In this document: one piece after another, positions 25,502 to 34,468 of the stretch
How the letters are laid out: every line of letters begins with the position of its first letter
Numbering within the stretch: the first letter of the stretch is position 1
Notes under the pieces: model-generated
Databases searched by the model: none
What the model saw: only the letters and a program-made list of their open reading frames with translations
Told to the model about the DNA's origin: nothing
Program-made: the position numbers and the translations under genes
Source of the DNA: Dehalococcoidia bacterium UBA5629
Lineage (GTDB): Bacteria > Chloroflexota > Dehalococcoidia > GIF9 > UBA5629
Length of the DNA stretch: 37,819 nt
NCBI GenBank assembly: GCA_002421445.1
Contig: DIKB01000080.1
Span: 288 to 38,106, forward strand
Direction: 5' to 3'

Positions 25502-27889
25502 TCATTGCAGGTTTACGGTAGTGGTTCCATCTCCGCCCTCGCCTTTAGTGCCCGGAGTGAATGATTTGACCAGCGGGTGCGATGCCAGTACCTCACGAAC
25601 GATCTGACGGACCGTGCCCGTGCCGTAGCCGTGGATAATTCTGACGCTGCTGAGGCTGGCAAGAAAAGCATCGTTCAGGTAAGTATCTATGATCCCCTCT
25701 ATTTCGACGCTTCTTTTTCCCCGTAAATCAAGCTCCATTGATACCGGCTTGCTGCTGCGTTTGAGCGAAAAATTCTGAGGGAGCTTGAAATGGACCTGCC
25801 TGTCCGTGATTTTTTCGATATCGGGCAGGTCAACGGTGATTTTGGTGCTACCGGCCTGCACTTCAATAGTGCCTTCTTTCTCAGCGATAGAGATAATGAC
25901 TCCTTCCAATCCTTCATTGATCAATCGGACGCGCTCGCCAATAGCGAGATCAGTAATAGACGGTGTTTCTCCTGTTTGCCCAACCCTGATTTTCCTCTGC
26001 CATCCGGGGCTATCTATACGTTCGTGCAACTGCGCCAGCGCTTGTTTCGCTTTTGCAACATTCTCCGCTTTCTGCTGCTTCTTCAGTTGTGTGGTAACGT
26101 TTTTAATCATGTTTTGAAGCTGTGATGCTTCCAGCAGCAGCCTGTCCTTCGATTGCCGCAACAAATCGCTTTCCTGTTGCTCCAGATCATGTTTCTTTTG
26201 TTCCCAGCCTTCTTTCAGTTCCTCTGCTTCCTGTACTCGCTGCGTCAGCTTCTTTTGCAGTGTCTCCGCCTTTTGTTTTTCAGCCATGAGATCATGCAGG
26301 ACGGTTTCCATCTCCACTGATCCCGATGATGACAGCATCTCTTTTGCCGAGTTGATGATATCTTCCGGCAACCCCAGACTGGAGGCGATGCTGAGGGCGT
26401 TGCTGCCTCCCGGTATTCCGATGCTGAGGTGATATGTTGGTTTTAATGTTTCAGCATCGAAGTCCAGCGAGGCGTTTTTTATGCCCGGCGTTTTATAGGC
26501 AAACGCTTTCAGTTCGCTGAAATGGGTAGTTGCCACAACGATAGTTTTGGTCTGGAGAAATCGGAGTAGAATAGCCTGTGCCAGCGCCGCGCCTTCTGCC
26601 GGATCCGTGCTTGTCCCAAGTTCATCCAGCAATACCATGCAGTTGTTGGTTAAGGCTTTAAGTATTCTATTGATGTTCCCGATATGCCAGCTAAATGTGG
26701 ACAATGTGTGTTCAATGCTCTGTTCGTCACCGATATCGGCAAACACATTTTTGAAGATTGGTACGCTGCTTTCCGGTAATGCGGGAATCGGTATCCCTGC
26801 CTGCGTCATTAAAACAAGCAGCCCGACCGTTTTGAGCGCCACTGTCTTGCCGCCCGTGTTCGGGCCGGTGATAATCAATGTAGAAAAATCCCGCCCGATT
26901 TCTACCGTCAGAGGCACCGCCGCACCCTTTAACAGGGGATGACGGGCATTGACCAGCCTCAGTATGCGGGCATCCGGTCTCTCTTCGGTGCTTTTCTTAT
27001 CATGATGCGGGATTGTAGGCACGGCAGCATGTGCTTTCTCGGCATACCGCGCCTTCGCCAGCGCAAAGTCCAGCTCTGCAGTCAGACTGACGCTTAACGT
27101 TATCTCCGATGCATGTGCTGCTATTTCTTCGCTCAAAGCGGACAGGATACGTTCAAGTTCCAGCTTTTCTTCAATAATGAGGGACCGGAGTTCGTTGCCC
27201 ATATCGATTGTGTTCATCGGCTCGATGAATACGGTGGATCCTGTATTGGAGACATCGTGGACGATGCCTTTGACGTCTCGCCTGTTTTCCGTTTTGACGG
27301 GTATGACATAGCGCCCTTCCCGTTCGGTGATGAGCGGTTCCTGCAATAGTTTCTGACCCTTCTCCGATTTGATGAAGGAGTCCAGACGCTCAATAATCCT
27401 CTGCCGCCCTTCTCTTAGCCGGCGGCGCACATCCAGCAGCTTGTCAGAGGCACTATCTAATATGTCTCCCTGCGGGCTGATGCATCTCCGTATCTCCGAT
27501 TCCAGGTGTTTCTGCTCAATAATGCCCTGCGCAATCTTCCAGAGTAGAGGGACATCATCCGATTGCCTCTGAAATTTCGATCGCAACTCGCGCAACGCGA
27601 TAAGCGTATCCTTTACCGCGAGCAATGCCTGTGCATCAAGCATTTTGCCTTTAGTCGTCAGCCCGACGATCTCTCGTATATCGGTGACACCGCCTATTGA
27701 AAACTCCGGTTTCAGTGATAGCAGACGGCACGCTTCGTCCGCCTGCTGCAGCAGCAGCATTATCTGCTCGGGATTGGTTAGCGGTTCAATCGCCCGGGCT
27801 ATCTCGTTACTGGCGCTGAATGAAGTGAATGATGCGAGTATTTCGCGTATTTTAGGAAATTCCAGTAATTCCGTGCTTTGTTTATCCAT
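25502..27889 (-). CDS. mutS2: Endonuclease MutS2 (MutS paralogue with a C-terminal Smr domain)
   Basis: 795 aa with Walker A (GPNTGGKTV), DELGTSTDP, a long coiled-coil linker, a KOW-like segment and a C-terminal Smr domain (LDLRGKRSVE...VRIIHGYGTGTVRQ). Confidence 0.93.
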   Translation of the reverse strand: MDKQSTELLEFPKIREILASFTSFSASNEIARAIEPLTNPEQIMLLLQQADEACRLLSLKPEFSIGGVTDIREIVGLTTKGKMLDAQALLAVKDTLIALRELRSKFQRQSDDVPLLWKIAQGIIEQKHLESEIRRCISPQGDILDSASDKLLDVRRRLREGRQRIIERLDSFIKSEKGQKLLQEPLITEREGRYVIPVKTENRRDVKGIVHDVSNTGSTVFIEPMNTIDMGNELRSLIIEEKLELERILSALSEEIAAHASEITLSVSLTAELDFALAKARYAEKAHAAVPTIPHHDKKSTEERPDARILRLVNARHPLLKGAAVPLTVEIGRDFSTLIITGPNTGGKTVALKTVGLLVLMTQAGIPIPALPESSVPIFKNVFADIGDEQSIEHTLSTFSWHIGNINRILKALTNNCMVLLDELGTSTDPAEGAALAQAILLRFLQTKTIVVATTHFSELKAFAYKTPGIKNASLDFDAETLKPTYHLSIGIPGGSNALSIASSLGLPEDIINSAKEMLSSSGSVEMETVLHDLMAEKQKAETLQKKLTQRVQEAEELKEGWEQKKHDLEQQESDLLRQSKDRLLLEASQLQNMIKNVTTQLKKQQKAENVAKAKQALAQLHERIDSPGWQRKIRVGQTGETPSITDLAIGERVRLINEGLEGVIISIAEKEGTIEVQAGSTKITVDLPDIEKITDRQVHFKLPQNFSLKRSSKPVSMELDLRGKRSVEIEGIIDTYLNDAFLASLSSVRIIHGYGTGTVRQIVREVLASHPLVKSFTPGTKGEGGDGTTTVNLQ

Positions 27890-27910
27890 GTATTATATGC
27901 CTCTTGTATA

Positions 27911-27939
27911 TTGACTGTTGTCCTTTAGTCAACTACAAT
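27911..27939 (+). promoter_or_regulatory. Candidate promoter for yebC-ruvC-ruvA
   Basis: TTGACT (27911-27916), a 17-nt spacer and TACAAT (27934-27939). The -35 hexamer and the spacer end form a 6-bp inverted repeat, TTGACT...AGTCAA. Sequence match only. Confidence 0.35.
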
Positions 27940-28051
27940 CTTGCGGTATGTTTAAACGGGCTTTTGTTGGTGTCCGTACAGTGTTTGTTTATTGTATATC
28001 ATTTACCGCTAGTTTACATGGTGGTAGAATTTAGTAGAGAGGTATTTTAAG

Positions 28052-28807
28052 ATGTCAGGACATTCGAAGTGGTCTAAGATAAAGCGTTCTAAAGGTAATG
28101 CTGATGCCAGTCGTGGACAGTTATTCACAAAACTTACCAAGGAGATTATATTCGCTTCCCGTCAGGGTGGCGTTAATCCTGAAGGCAATTTTCGGTTGCG
28201 CCTGGCCATACAGAAAGCGCGGGACAACAACATGCCTCTGGATAATATCGAACGAGCCATCAAGAAGGGTAGTGGTGAATTGGGTGGCGCAATACTCGTG
28301 GAGTTAACATTGGAAGGGTATGGGCCGGGTGGTGTGGCTGTCATGGTGGAGGCGACGACGGACAATCGTAACCGTACGGTGAGCGATGTACGCAGTACGC
28401 TGGCAAAGCACGGCGGCAATCTCGGTGAGAACGGCAGTGTCTCCTGGATATTTGAATCAAAGGGCGTTCTGGTGGCTGAAGTAAACCCCAAGAACAAGGA
28501 TGATATCGAGCTTCTGGCAATCGATGCCGGTGCTGATGATGTGAAGGAGGGTGAGGATTATCTTGAAATTTTAACTCAACCTCAACAACTGGAAGAGGTG
28601 AGAAAGGCCGTCGAAGGGAAAACGAAAGTGCTGTCCTCCGAGGTGTCTCTTATTCCTAAAACGATGGTTGTGCCCGATGAAAAAGGGTATTTTTCGATGT
28701 TGAAACTGCTGGATCATCTGGAAGAGCTGGATGATGTTCAGCATGTTTATGCTAATATAGATTTCCCGCCGGATATTATGGAGAAATACGAATCAGGGAC
28801 TGTGTAA
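28052..28807 (+). CDS. yebC: YebC/PmpR (TACO1) family protein
   Basis: 251 aa (MSGHSKWSKIKRSKGNADASRGQLFTKLTKEI...), the canonical family N-terminus. It is upstream of ruvC, as in many bacteria. Confidence 0.93.
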   Translation: MSGHSKWSKIKRSKGNADASRGQLFTKLTKEIIFASRQGGVNPEGNFRLRLAIQKARDNNMPLDNIERAIKKGSGELGGAILVELTLEGYGPGGVAVMVEATTDNRNRTVSDVRSTLAKHGGNLGENGSVSWIFESKGVLVAEVNPKNKDDIELLAIDAGADDVKEGEDYLEILTQPQQLEEVRKAVEGKTKVLSSEVSLIPKTMVVPDEKGYFSMLKLLDHLEELDDVQHVYANIDFPPDIMEKYESGTV

Positions 28808-29304
28808 TGCGTATTCTTGGTATTGATCCGGGCACGCTGCATATGGGATATGGGCTGATTGATGACGTCAACGGCGTCATCAGCATGGTTGAGTGCGGTG
28901 TGTTGTCGCTTCCCAAGACGGTTCCTCTGGAGAAGCGGTTGCATCGCTTTTATGTGGAATTGCTGGATATAATTGGCTCTTTTCATCCTGAGGAGGTAGC
29001 AGTTGAGGAACCGTTCGTTGCTCTCAATGTGCGTTCGGCCCTGGCTATAGGAAGAGCACAGGCGATTGCGATTTTAGCTGCAGCCGGCAATAATTTGCCA
29101 ATATTCCGCTACTCGCCGACCCAGGTGAAACAGCAGGTAACCAATTATGGGAGAAGCAGCAAAGCTCAGGTAGAGACTATGGTGAAGCTTCAACTCGGGC
29201 TGTCCGTTTTGCCGCAACCGAGCGATGCTGCGGATGCGCTGGCTATAGCTATTTGCCATCTTCAGCAGAGACGCCTGAATTCTTTGATCTCAAAAATACG
29301 CTGA
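28807..29304 (+). CDS. ruvC: Crossover junction endodeoxyribonuclease RuvC
   Basis: 165 aa (MRILGIDPGT...VAVEEPF...SDAADALAIAICH). The ATG overlaps the yebC TAA as TAATG. Confidence 0.93.
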   Translation: MRILGIDPGTLHMGYGLIDDVNGVISMVECGVLSLPKTVPLEKRLHRFYVELLDIIGSFHPEEVAVEEPFVALNVRSALAIGRAQAIAILAAAGNNLPIFRYSPTQVKQQVTNYGRSSKAQVETMVKLQLGLSVLPQPSDAADALAIAICHLQQRRLNSLISKIR

Positions 29305-29313
29305 GAATTAACG

Positions 29314-29895
29314 ATGATAGTTGCCTTAGACGGAATTTTACAGAGCATCAGTGCCAATTCCATTGTGGTGAAAATCGGCCCTATCAGCCTTGAAGTCCAC
29401 ATGCCTGTCTCGGCTATCGTCAGTCTCGGTTCTCCGGGCGATGCTGTATCTATCCGTACGTATTTACATTATCGCGAGGATGCTATCGCACTTTACGGTT
29501 TCACCTCTTCCGAACAATTGTTCCTGTTCCGCAAGCTTCTTACGGTAACCGGTGTCGGTCCGAAAGTTGCACTCGGGCTACTTTCCGGTTTGAGTGCTGA
29601 CAAGCTGGCTGCTGCCATCATCAATGATGATGTAGAGGCATTGACTCAGATATCGGGCGTCGGCAAGAAGACCGCAGCCAGGCTGGTTGTGGAATTGAAG
29701 ACGACACTGGAAAAGGAGTGGCAGGGCGAGACATCTGCCGTCTTTGTTAGAGAGGATACAGAGGTTGTCTCCGCGCTATTGAGCCTCGGCTACTCATTGA
29801 AAGAGGCGAAACAGGCAGCCTCTCTTATCTCCGGAGATGGGCTTGGTACAGAAGAGAAGTTAAGGCTGGCGCTCCGCAATCTGTCGAAAACATAG
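29314..29895 (+). CDS. ruvA: Holliday junction branch migration complex subunit RuvA
   Basis: 193 aa with an OB domain, two HhH motifs (LLTVTGVGPKVAL, LTQISGVGKKTAARL) and a C-terminal domain III. Confidence 0.9.
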   Translation: MIVALDGILQSISANSIVVKIGPISLEVHMPVSAIVSLGSPGDAVSIRTYLHYREDAIALYGFTSSEQLFLFRKLLTVTGVGPKVALGLLSGLSADKLAAAIINDDVEALTQISGVGKKTAARLVVELKTTLEKEWQGETSAVFVREDTEVVSALLSLGYSLKEAKQAASLISGDGLGTEEKLRLALRNLSKT

Positions 29896-29945
29896 TCCAT
29901 CATTCCTGATTTTTCTGTATGGGTCCGCTTCTGCGGAGGAGTTCA

Positions 29946-31949
29946 ATGTCCGAGTTCGTTTTAACCACAGATTTCAAATTAACCGGTGATCAACCTGCGG
30001 CCGTTGATAAACTTGTTGACGGTGTTCAACAGGATTACAAGAAACAGACGTTGCTTGGGGTTACCGGCAGCGGCAAGACGTTTGCTATGGCTAACGTTAT
30101 CGCCAGGGTCAAGAGACCGACGCTCGTTATCTGTCACAATAAGACGCTTGCCGCCCAGTTGACTACGGAGTTCAAGGAGTTCTTCCAGAACAATGCCGTG
30201 GAGTACTTCGTCAGCTATTACGATTACTATCAGCCCGAAGCGTATATCCCGAAGACGGATACCTATATTGAAAAGGACATCGATATCAATGAGGAGATCG
30301 ACAGGATGCGCCACTCGGCGACGAGGTCGTTGCTGGAACGCCGTGACGTAGTCATCGTTGCCTCGGTATCCTGTATCTATGGTCTGGGAGAACCGGAGGA
30401 ATACCGGAGCTTCATCGTTTCGCTGAAAAAAGGAGAGAAAGCCATCAGAGACAGGATCATTCGCCGTCTGGTGGATATGCAGTATGAGCGGAACGATTTT
30501 CAGCTGACGCGCGGCAAATTCCGGGTACGCGGCGATACTCTTGAAGTGTTTCCTGCGTATGAAGAAGAGCTGGTACGGGTTGAGTTCTGGGGTGATGAGA
30601 TAGAACGTATTAATATTGTCGATCCATTGACCGGTGAGATGCTTTCCGATCGTGACGCTCTCGATCTGTATCCGGCCAAGCATTTCGTCACGTCTCACGA
30701 ACGCCTCATGTTGGCCATCGCTTCCATCAGAGAGGAGCTTCAACAACAGTTGAAGGTGCTGGACGGCGAGGGGAAATTGCTTGAAGCTTCCCGTCTGGAG
30801 ATGCGTACCAATAACGATCTGGAGATGCTGATTGAGACAGGATACTGCAATGCGGTTGAGAACTATTCACGGCATCTTCAGCAGCGTCCTGCCGGCAGTG
30901 CACCGTGGACGTTGATTGATTATTTCCCCGATGACTTTTTGCTGTTCATCGATGAATCGCATATGACGCTGCCGCAGATACGGGGCATGTACCATGGCGA
31001 TGCCTCGCGCAAGCAGACGTTGATCGACTATGGCTTTCGTCTGCCATCGGCACGGGATAACCGTCCGCTTACCTTTGAGGAGTTCGAAGGGCGGGTGAAT
31101 CAGGTTGTCTATGTATCGGCCACGCCGCGTGCCTACGAGAGAGAACACAGCAAACAGATCGTTGAACAGTTGATCCGGCCCACTGGGCTGTTGGAGCCGA
31201 CAATCGAGGTGAAGCCGACGAAGGGACAGGTTGATGATCTTATCCAGCAGATCAGGGAACGGGTGGGTAGGCGCGAGCGCTGTCTGGTGACCACGCTAAC
31301 CAAGAAGATGGCTGAGGAGCTTGCCGAATATCTGCTGGAGATGGACATCAAGACTCACTATCTGCATTCCGAGATCGATACGCTGGAGCGTGTGGAGATA
31401 CTTCGCGATCTACGGCTTGGTGTGTATGATGTGATCGTTGGTATCAATCTGCTTCGTGAGGGGCTTGATCTGCCGGAAGTGAGCCTTATTGCCATCCTGG
31501 ATGCGGACAAGGAAGGTTATCTGCGGTCGAGGGATTCGCTCATTCAGACGATGGGCAGGGCGGCACGCCATGTCGAAGGCCATGTCATTATGTATGCCGA
31601 CAGGATCACAAAATCAATGCAGGATGCGATGGATGAGATAATTCGTCGCCGAAAGATACAGGAATCGTACAATAAAGAGCACAATATTACGCCTCAGTCT
31701 ATTCAGAAGGCGATCAAGGATATCACCTCCATGGTGAAGGTAGTTTCCGAGCAGAGAGCGCGTTATGAAGCGACACCTATCTCGAAAGAAGAGCTTATGC
31801 GTTTGATCAAAGACCTTGAGACTCAGATGAGGAAGGCAGCCAAGAATCTTGAGTTTGAAAAAGCTGCTTTGCTCAGGGACCGGATAGTGGAATTGAGAAC
31901 TGATGCGGAGATTCTGGCGCCTCTGGTTAAACCGAAAAGATCGAAGTAA
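29946..31949 (+). CDS. uvrB: Excinuclease ABC subunit B
   Basis: The sequence from ATG 29946 is [23 protein letters not shown]...GVTGSGKTF, with GGAGGAG 5 nt upstream. Helicase motifs and a C-terminal UVR domain ([13 protein letters not shown]) are present. The tracked ORF start at 29919 has no SD. Confidence 0.95.
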   Translation: MSEFVLTTDFKLTGDQPAAVDKLVDGVQQDYKKQTLLGVTGSGKTFAMANVIARVKRPTLVICHNKTLAAQLTTEFKEFFQNNAVEYFVSYYDYYQPEAYIPKTDTYIEKDIDINEEIDRMRHSATRSLLERRDVVIVASVSCIYGLGEPEEYRSFIVSLKKGEKAIRDRIIRRLVDMQYERNDFQLTRGKFRVRGDTLEVFPAYEEELVRVEFWGDEIERINIVDPLTGEMLSDRDALDLYPAKHFVTSHERLMLAIASIREELQQQLKVLDGEGKLLEASRLEMRTNNDLEMLIETGYCNAVENYSRHLQQRPAGSAPWTLIDYFPDDFLLFIDESHMTLPQIRGMYHGDASRKQTLIDYGFRLPSARDNRPLTFEEFEGRVNQVVYVSATPRAYEREHSKQIVEQLIRPTGLLEPTIEVKPTKGQVDDLIQQIRERVGRRERCLVTTLTKKMAEELAEYLLEMDIKTHYLHSEIDTLERVEILRDLRLGVYDVIVGINLLREGLDLPEVSLIAILDADKEGYLRSRDSLIQTMGRAARHVEGHVIMYADRITKSMQDAMDEIIRRRKIQESYNKEHNITPQSIQKAIKDITSMVKVVSEQRARYEATPISKEELMRLIKDLETQMRKAAKNLEFEKAALLRDRIVELRTDAEILAPLVKPKRSK

Positions 31950-31960
31950 TGACTTCTTTT

Positions 31961-32314
31961 GTCACCCCGAGTGCCCTATTGTTACCCCGAGTGCCCTATT
32001 GTCACCTTGAGCGAAGCCGAAAGGTCTCTTGTTTCTATTGCAAACTGGATTATTATTTCCGATTAGTGTAGAAAATAACAAGAGATCATCACGTCGCTTT
32101 GCTCCTCATGATGACAAAGTTTGTCACCCAGAGCGCAACCGAGGGGTCTTAGGTTACTGAGCTACAGCTCAGGTCATTTCGAACGAAGCTGAGAAATCTC
32201 CTGTTACTTTTTATACTAATTTAAAGTAAGCAGCCAGTTCATGGTGCAACCTGAGACCTTTCGGCAGGCTCAAGGTGACAACACACTTCTGCACCTCGAC
32301 TGCGCTCGGTGAAC
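31961..32314. repeat. Cluster of short hairpin-forming repeats (REP/MITE-like family) in both orientations, plus a 20-bp tandem duplication
   Basis: The family has the form GTCA-[4-6 nt]-GAGCGAAGCCGA-like core-[complement]-TC. Plus-strand copies are at 32001-32028, 32123-32149 and 32173-32200. Minus-strand copies are at 32084-32115, 32253-32279 and 32291-32314. The stems differ between copies but stay complementary (ACCTT/AAGGT, ATTTC/GAAAT, ACCC/GGGT, CACC/GGTG, TCATCA/TGATGA). There is also a tandem GT(C/T)ACCCCGAGTGCCCTATT at 31961-32000. Confidence 0.8.
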
Positions 32315-32366
32315 GGCTTGAAAGTAGTCACGGTAGTGATAGTATCGAGGAGATACTATTCGTATC

Positions 32367-34463
32367 CTACGGTAACCCTTCTTCCTCTTTTTGTCCCTTC
32401 TCCACCAGTCCCTCGGCTTCGAGTTCTTCCATAAGGCGGGCAGCGCGGGGGAAACCGATGTGAAGCCGCCGCTGCAGATATGAAGCGGATAGCTCCAGAT
32501 GATCGTGTGCGAGCTGTCTGGCAGCAACAATAAGCGGATCATCGGGATCTTTTCTGATCGGAAGAGAGGTTTGTTCGCCTTCTTCAAATGAGGTTGCTAC
32601 CTCGCCGGGACGCTTCTGCTTACCCCAGAAGTAGACTATCCTTTCTATCTCGGCATCAGTGACGAATGGTCCCTGAAGGCGCTTGGGCTTGATGGCATCG
32701 GTTGCCATGAACAGCATGTCGCCTCTACCCAGCAGCTTTTCCGCCCCGACTGCGTCCAAAATCGTCCGCGAATCCACCTGCGATGTCAACGCAAAGCTGA
32801 TACGTGTGGGGAAGTTAGCTTTTATCAGGCCTGTGATAACGTCGACAGACGGGCGCTGTGTTGCCACGATCAAATGGATACCTGTAGCGCGCGCCAGTTG
32901 TGCCAGACGGCAGATTGTCCTTTCCACCTCGTCGGAAGCGGTCATCATCAGATCAGCAACCTCGTCAATGATGAGCACGATATATGGCATCTTATCGCTG
33001 CCCTGCCTCTCCTGATTGTAGCCTTCTATGTTTCGTACACCGGCTTTGGCAAAAGTCTTATAGCGACTATCCATCTCCTGCGTCAGCCAGCGGAGCGCTG
33101 CTACTGCCTCCTGAGGCTCTACGACAACATGACTCTTTTCAAGATGCGGCAGGTTGTTGTAGATCACCAGCTCCACGCGTTTGGGGTCTATCATAATGAA
33201 CCGCACCTCATCCGGTGTATGCTTCATCAGCAAACAGCAGATAGCTGCATTCAGGAACACGGACTTACCGCTGCCGGTAGCACCGGCCACGAGCAGATGC
33301 GGCATCTTTGCCAGATCTGCGACTGATGTCTCTCCTCCGGTGCCCTTACCAAGCGTTATTGACAGAGGCTTGACTGAGAATTTCTTGTAGACATCGGATT
33401 CCATGATGCTGCGCAGGTTCACTGAGGCAAACGTTAAATTCGGCACTTCGATGCCAACGGCGGATTTACCCGGTATCGGTGCTTCGATTCTGATACTGGG
33501 AGCGGCGAGCGCGAGGGCGAGATCGTTTGAAAGCGAATTGATCCGCTCCACTTTCACACGCGTTTTTCCTATCTCTTTTTTAGAGATTTTGACGTTGCCG
33601 TCTTTGTCCTTCTCTTTGATCTCCTTGAATTTGCGATCCCAGCCCGGCTCCACTTCGAATTGCGTTACCGTGGGACCGATATTGGCTCTGGTAACCTCCA
33701 CATCGACGCCGTAGCTTGCGAGCGCATTCTGAAGAAGTTTTTGCTGTGTCTCGACGTCCGCCTTGCTGACCTCCAGGTCAACGCTCTTATCGAGCGTGCT
33801 CATCGGCGGCAATTGCCAGCCTCCGGCAGTCAATATCGGTTTCATATTTGCCGGCGTTTCTATGCTCTGTGGTTGGACAGGATCGGGAGCGGGAACCGGT
33901 TTTGTCACTGGAGACGGTTCTGGCTTTGGCCGAGGCTGATTATTTGAGGAGAAGAAGCTTTTTACCGATGCGAAAACAAAGCCCATCCCTTTCCAGATAT
34001 AGCCAATGATTTTGGGGATGATAAAGATGATGCCGATAAAGGCCAGACCGAAAACACGTAATCCTCCAACGGTTCCGGCATCACCGCTGATATTGGCACC
34101 GATAGTACCACCCAGCGTTGCCTGTTTTAATGTCCCTTCGCCGGCGGCGAAGAACGAGGCCAGCCCCCATACGGCAGCGGCGAGGAACAGTATCCCTATC
34201 CAGATATTCCAGTAACGGATGAGCAGCGAAGGTTTACATAAAATAATACCGATCAATTCAGCAATTAAAGCAAGGAGAATAAAGAAGCCGATGCCGAAAG
34301 TTTTCAGAATACTTTCCCAGAAAGATTCGATCCAGTCGATGATCTCCGGCAGGAACCACCAGAATACCCCGAGAATAGCGAGGACAAGTATCGTGATCAG
34401 GATGCTGGTGGTCAGCGTTGAGTTCGATTTCGTTTTTCGATGCGAAGATTTTTTCCCCGTCAT
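32367..34463 (-). CDS. ftsK: DNA translocase FtsK/SpoIIIE
   Basis: 698 aa with N-terminal TM helices, a Pro-rich linker, a motor domain (Walker A GATGSGKS, Walker B IVLIIDEVADL) and a C-terminal gamma winged-helix (ASYLQRRLHIGFPRAARLMEELE). Confidence 0.93.
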   Translation of the reverse strand: MTGKKSSHRKTKSNSTLTTSILITILVLAILGVFWWFLPEIIDWIESFWESILKTFGIGFFILLALIAELIGIILCKPSLLIRYWNIWIGILFLAAAVWGLASFFAAGEGTLKQATLGGTIGANISGDAGTVGGLRVFGLAFIGIIFIIPKIIGYIWKGMGFVFASVKSFFSSNNQPRPKPEPSPVTKPVPAPDPVQPQSIETPANMKPILTAGGWQLPPMSTLDKSVDLEVSKADVETQQKLLQNALASYGVDVEVTRANIGPTVTQFEVEPGWDRKFKEIKEKDKDGNVKISKKEIGKTRVKVERINSLSNDLALALAAPSIRIEAPIPGKSAVGIEVPNLTFASVNLRSIMESDVYKKFSVKPLSITLGKGTGGETSVADLAKMPHLLVAGATGSGKSVFLNAAICCLLMKHTPDEVRFIMIDPKRVELVIYNNLPHLEKSHVVVEPQEAVAALRWLTQEMDSRYKTFAKAGVRNIEGYNQERQGSDKMPYIVLIIDEVADLMMTASDEVERTICRLAQLARATGIHLIVATQRPSVDVITGLIKANFPTRISFALTSQVDSRTILDAVGAEKLLGRGDMLFMATDAIKPKRLQGPFVTDAEIERIVYFWGKQKRPGEVATSFEEGEQTSLPIRKDPDDPLIVAARQLAHDHLELSASYLQRRLHIGFPRAARLMEELEAEGLVEKGQKEEEGLP

Positions 34464-34468
34464 CTTCT

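Noticed and set aside
28002-28030. Second promoter-like element (TTTACC-17-TGgTAGAAT) before yebC
   Set aside because: A transcript starting about 7 nt downstream would begin inside or after the yebC Shine-Dalgarno (AGAGAGG, about 28035-28041). The upstream TTGACT-17-TACAAT element is more plausible, so this one was not listed as a feature.
29919-29945. Upstream start of uvrB (MGPLLRRSS...)
   Set aside because: There is no SD upstream. ATG 29946 is preceded by GGAGGAG and gives the canonical UvrB N-terminus.
29979-30746. 255-aa ORF on the - strand
   Set aside because: It is antisense to uvrB, with no motifs. It is a shadow ORF.
31950-32366. Possible CRISPR array
   Set aside because: The repeats occur in both orientations, at irregular spacing, with divergent sequences and covarying stems. 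There are no uniform spacers and no cas genes. The region fits REP/MITE-like hairpins better.
32270-32587. 105-aa ORF on the - strand spanning the repeat region and the ftsK 3' end
   Set aside because: It is out of frame with, and overlaps, the well-supported ftsK C-terminal gamma domain. Its upstream part is the hairpin repeat region.
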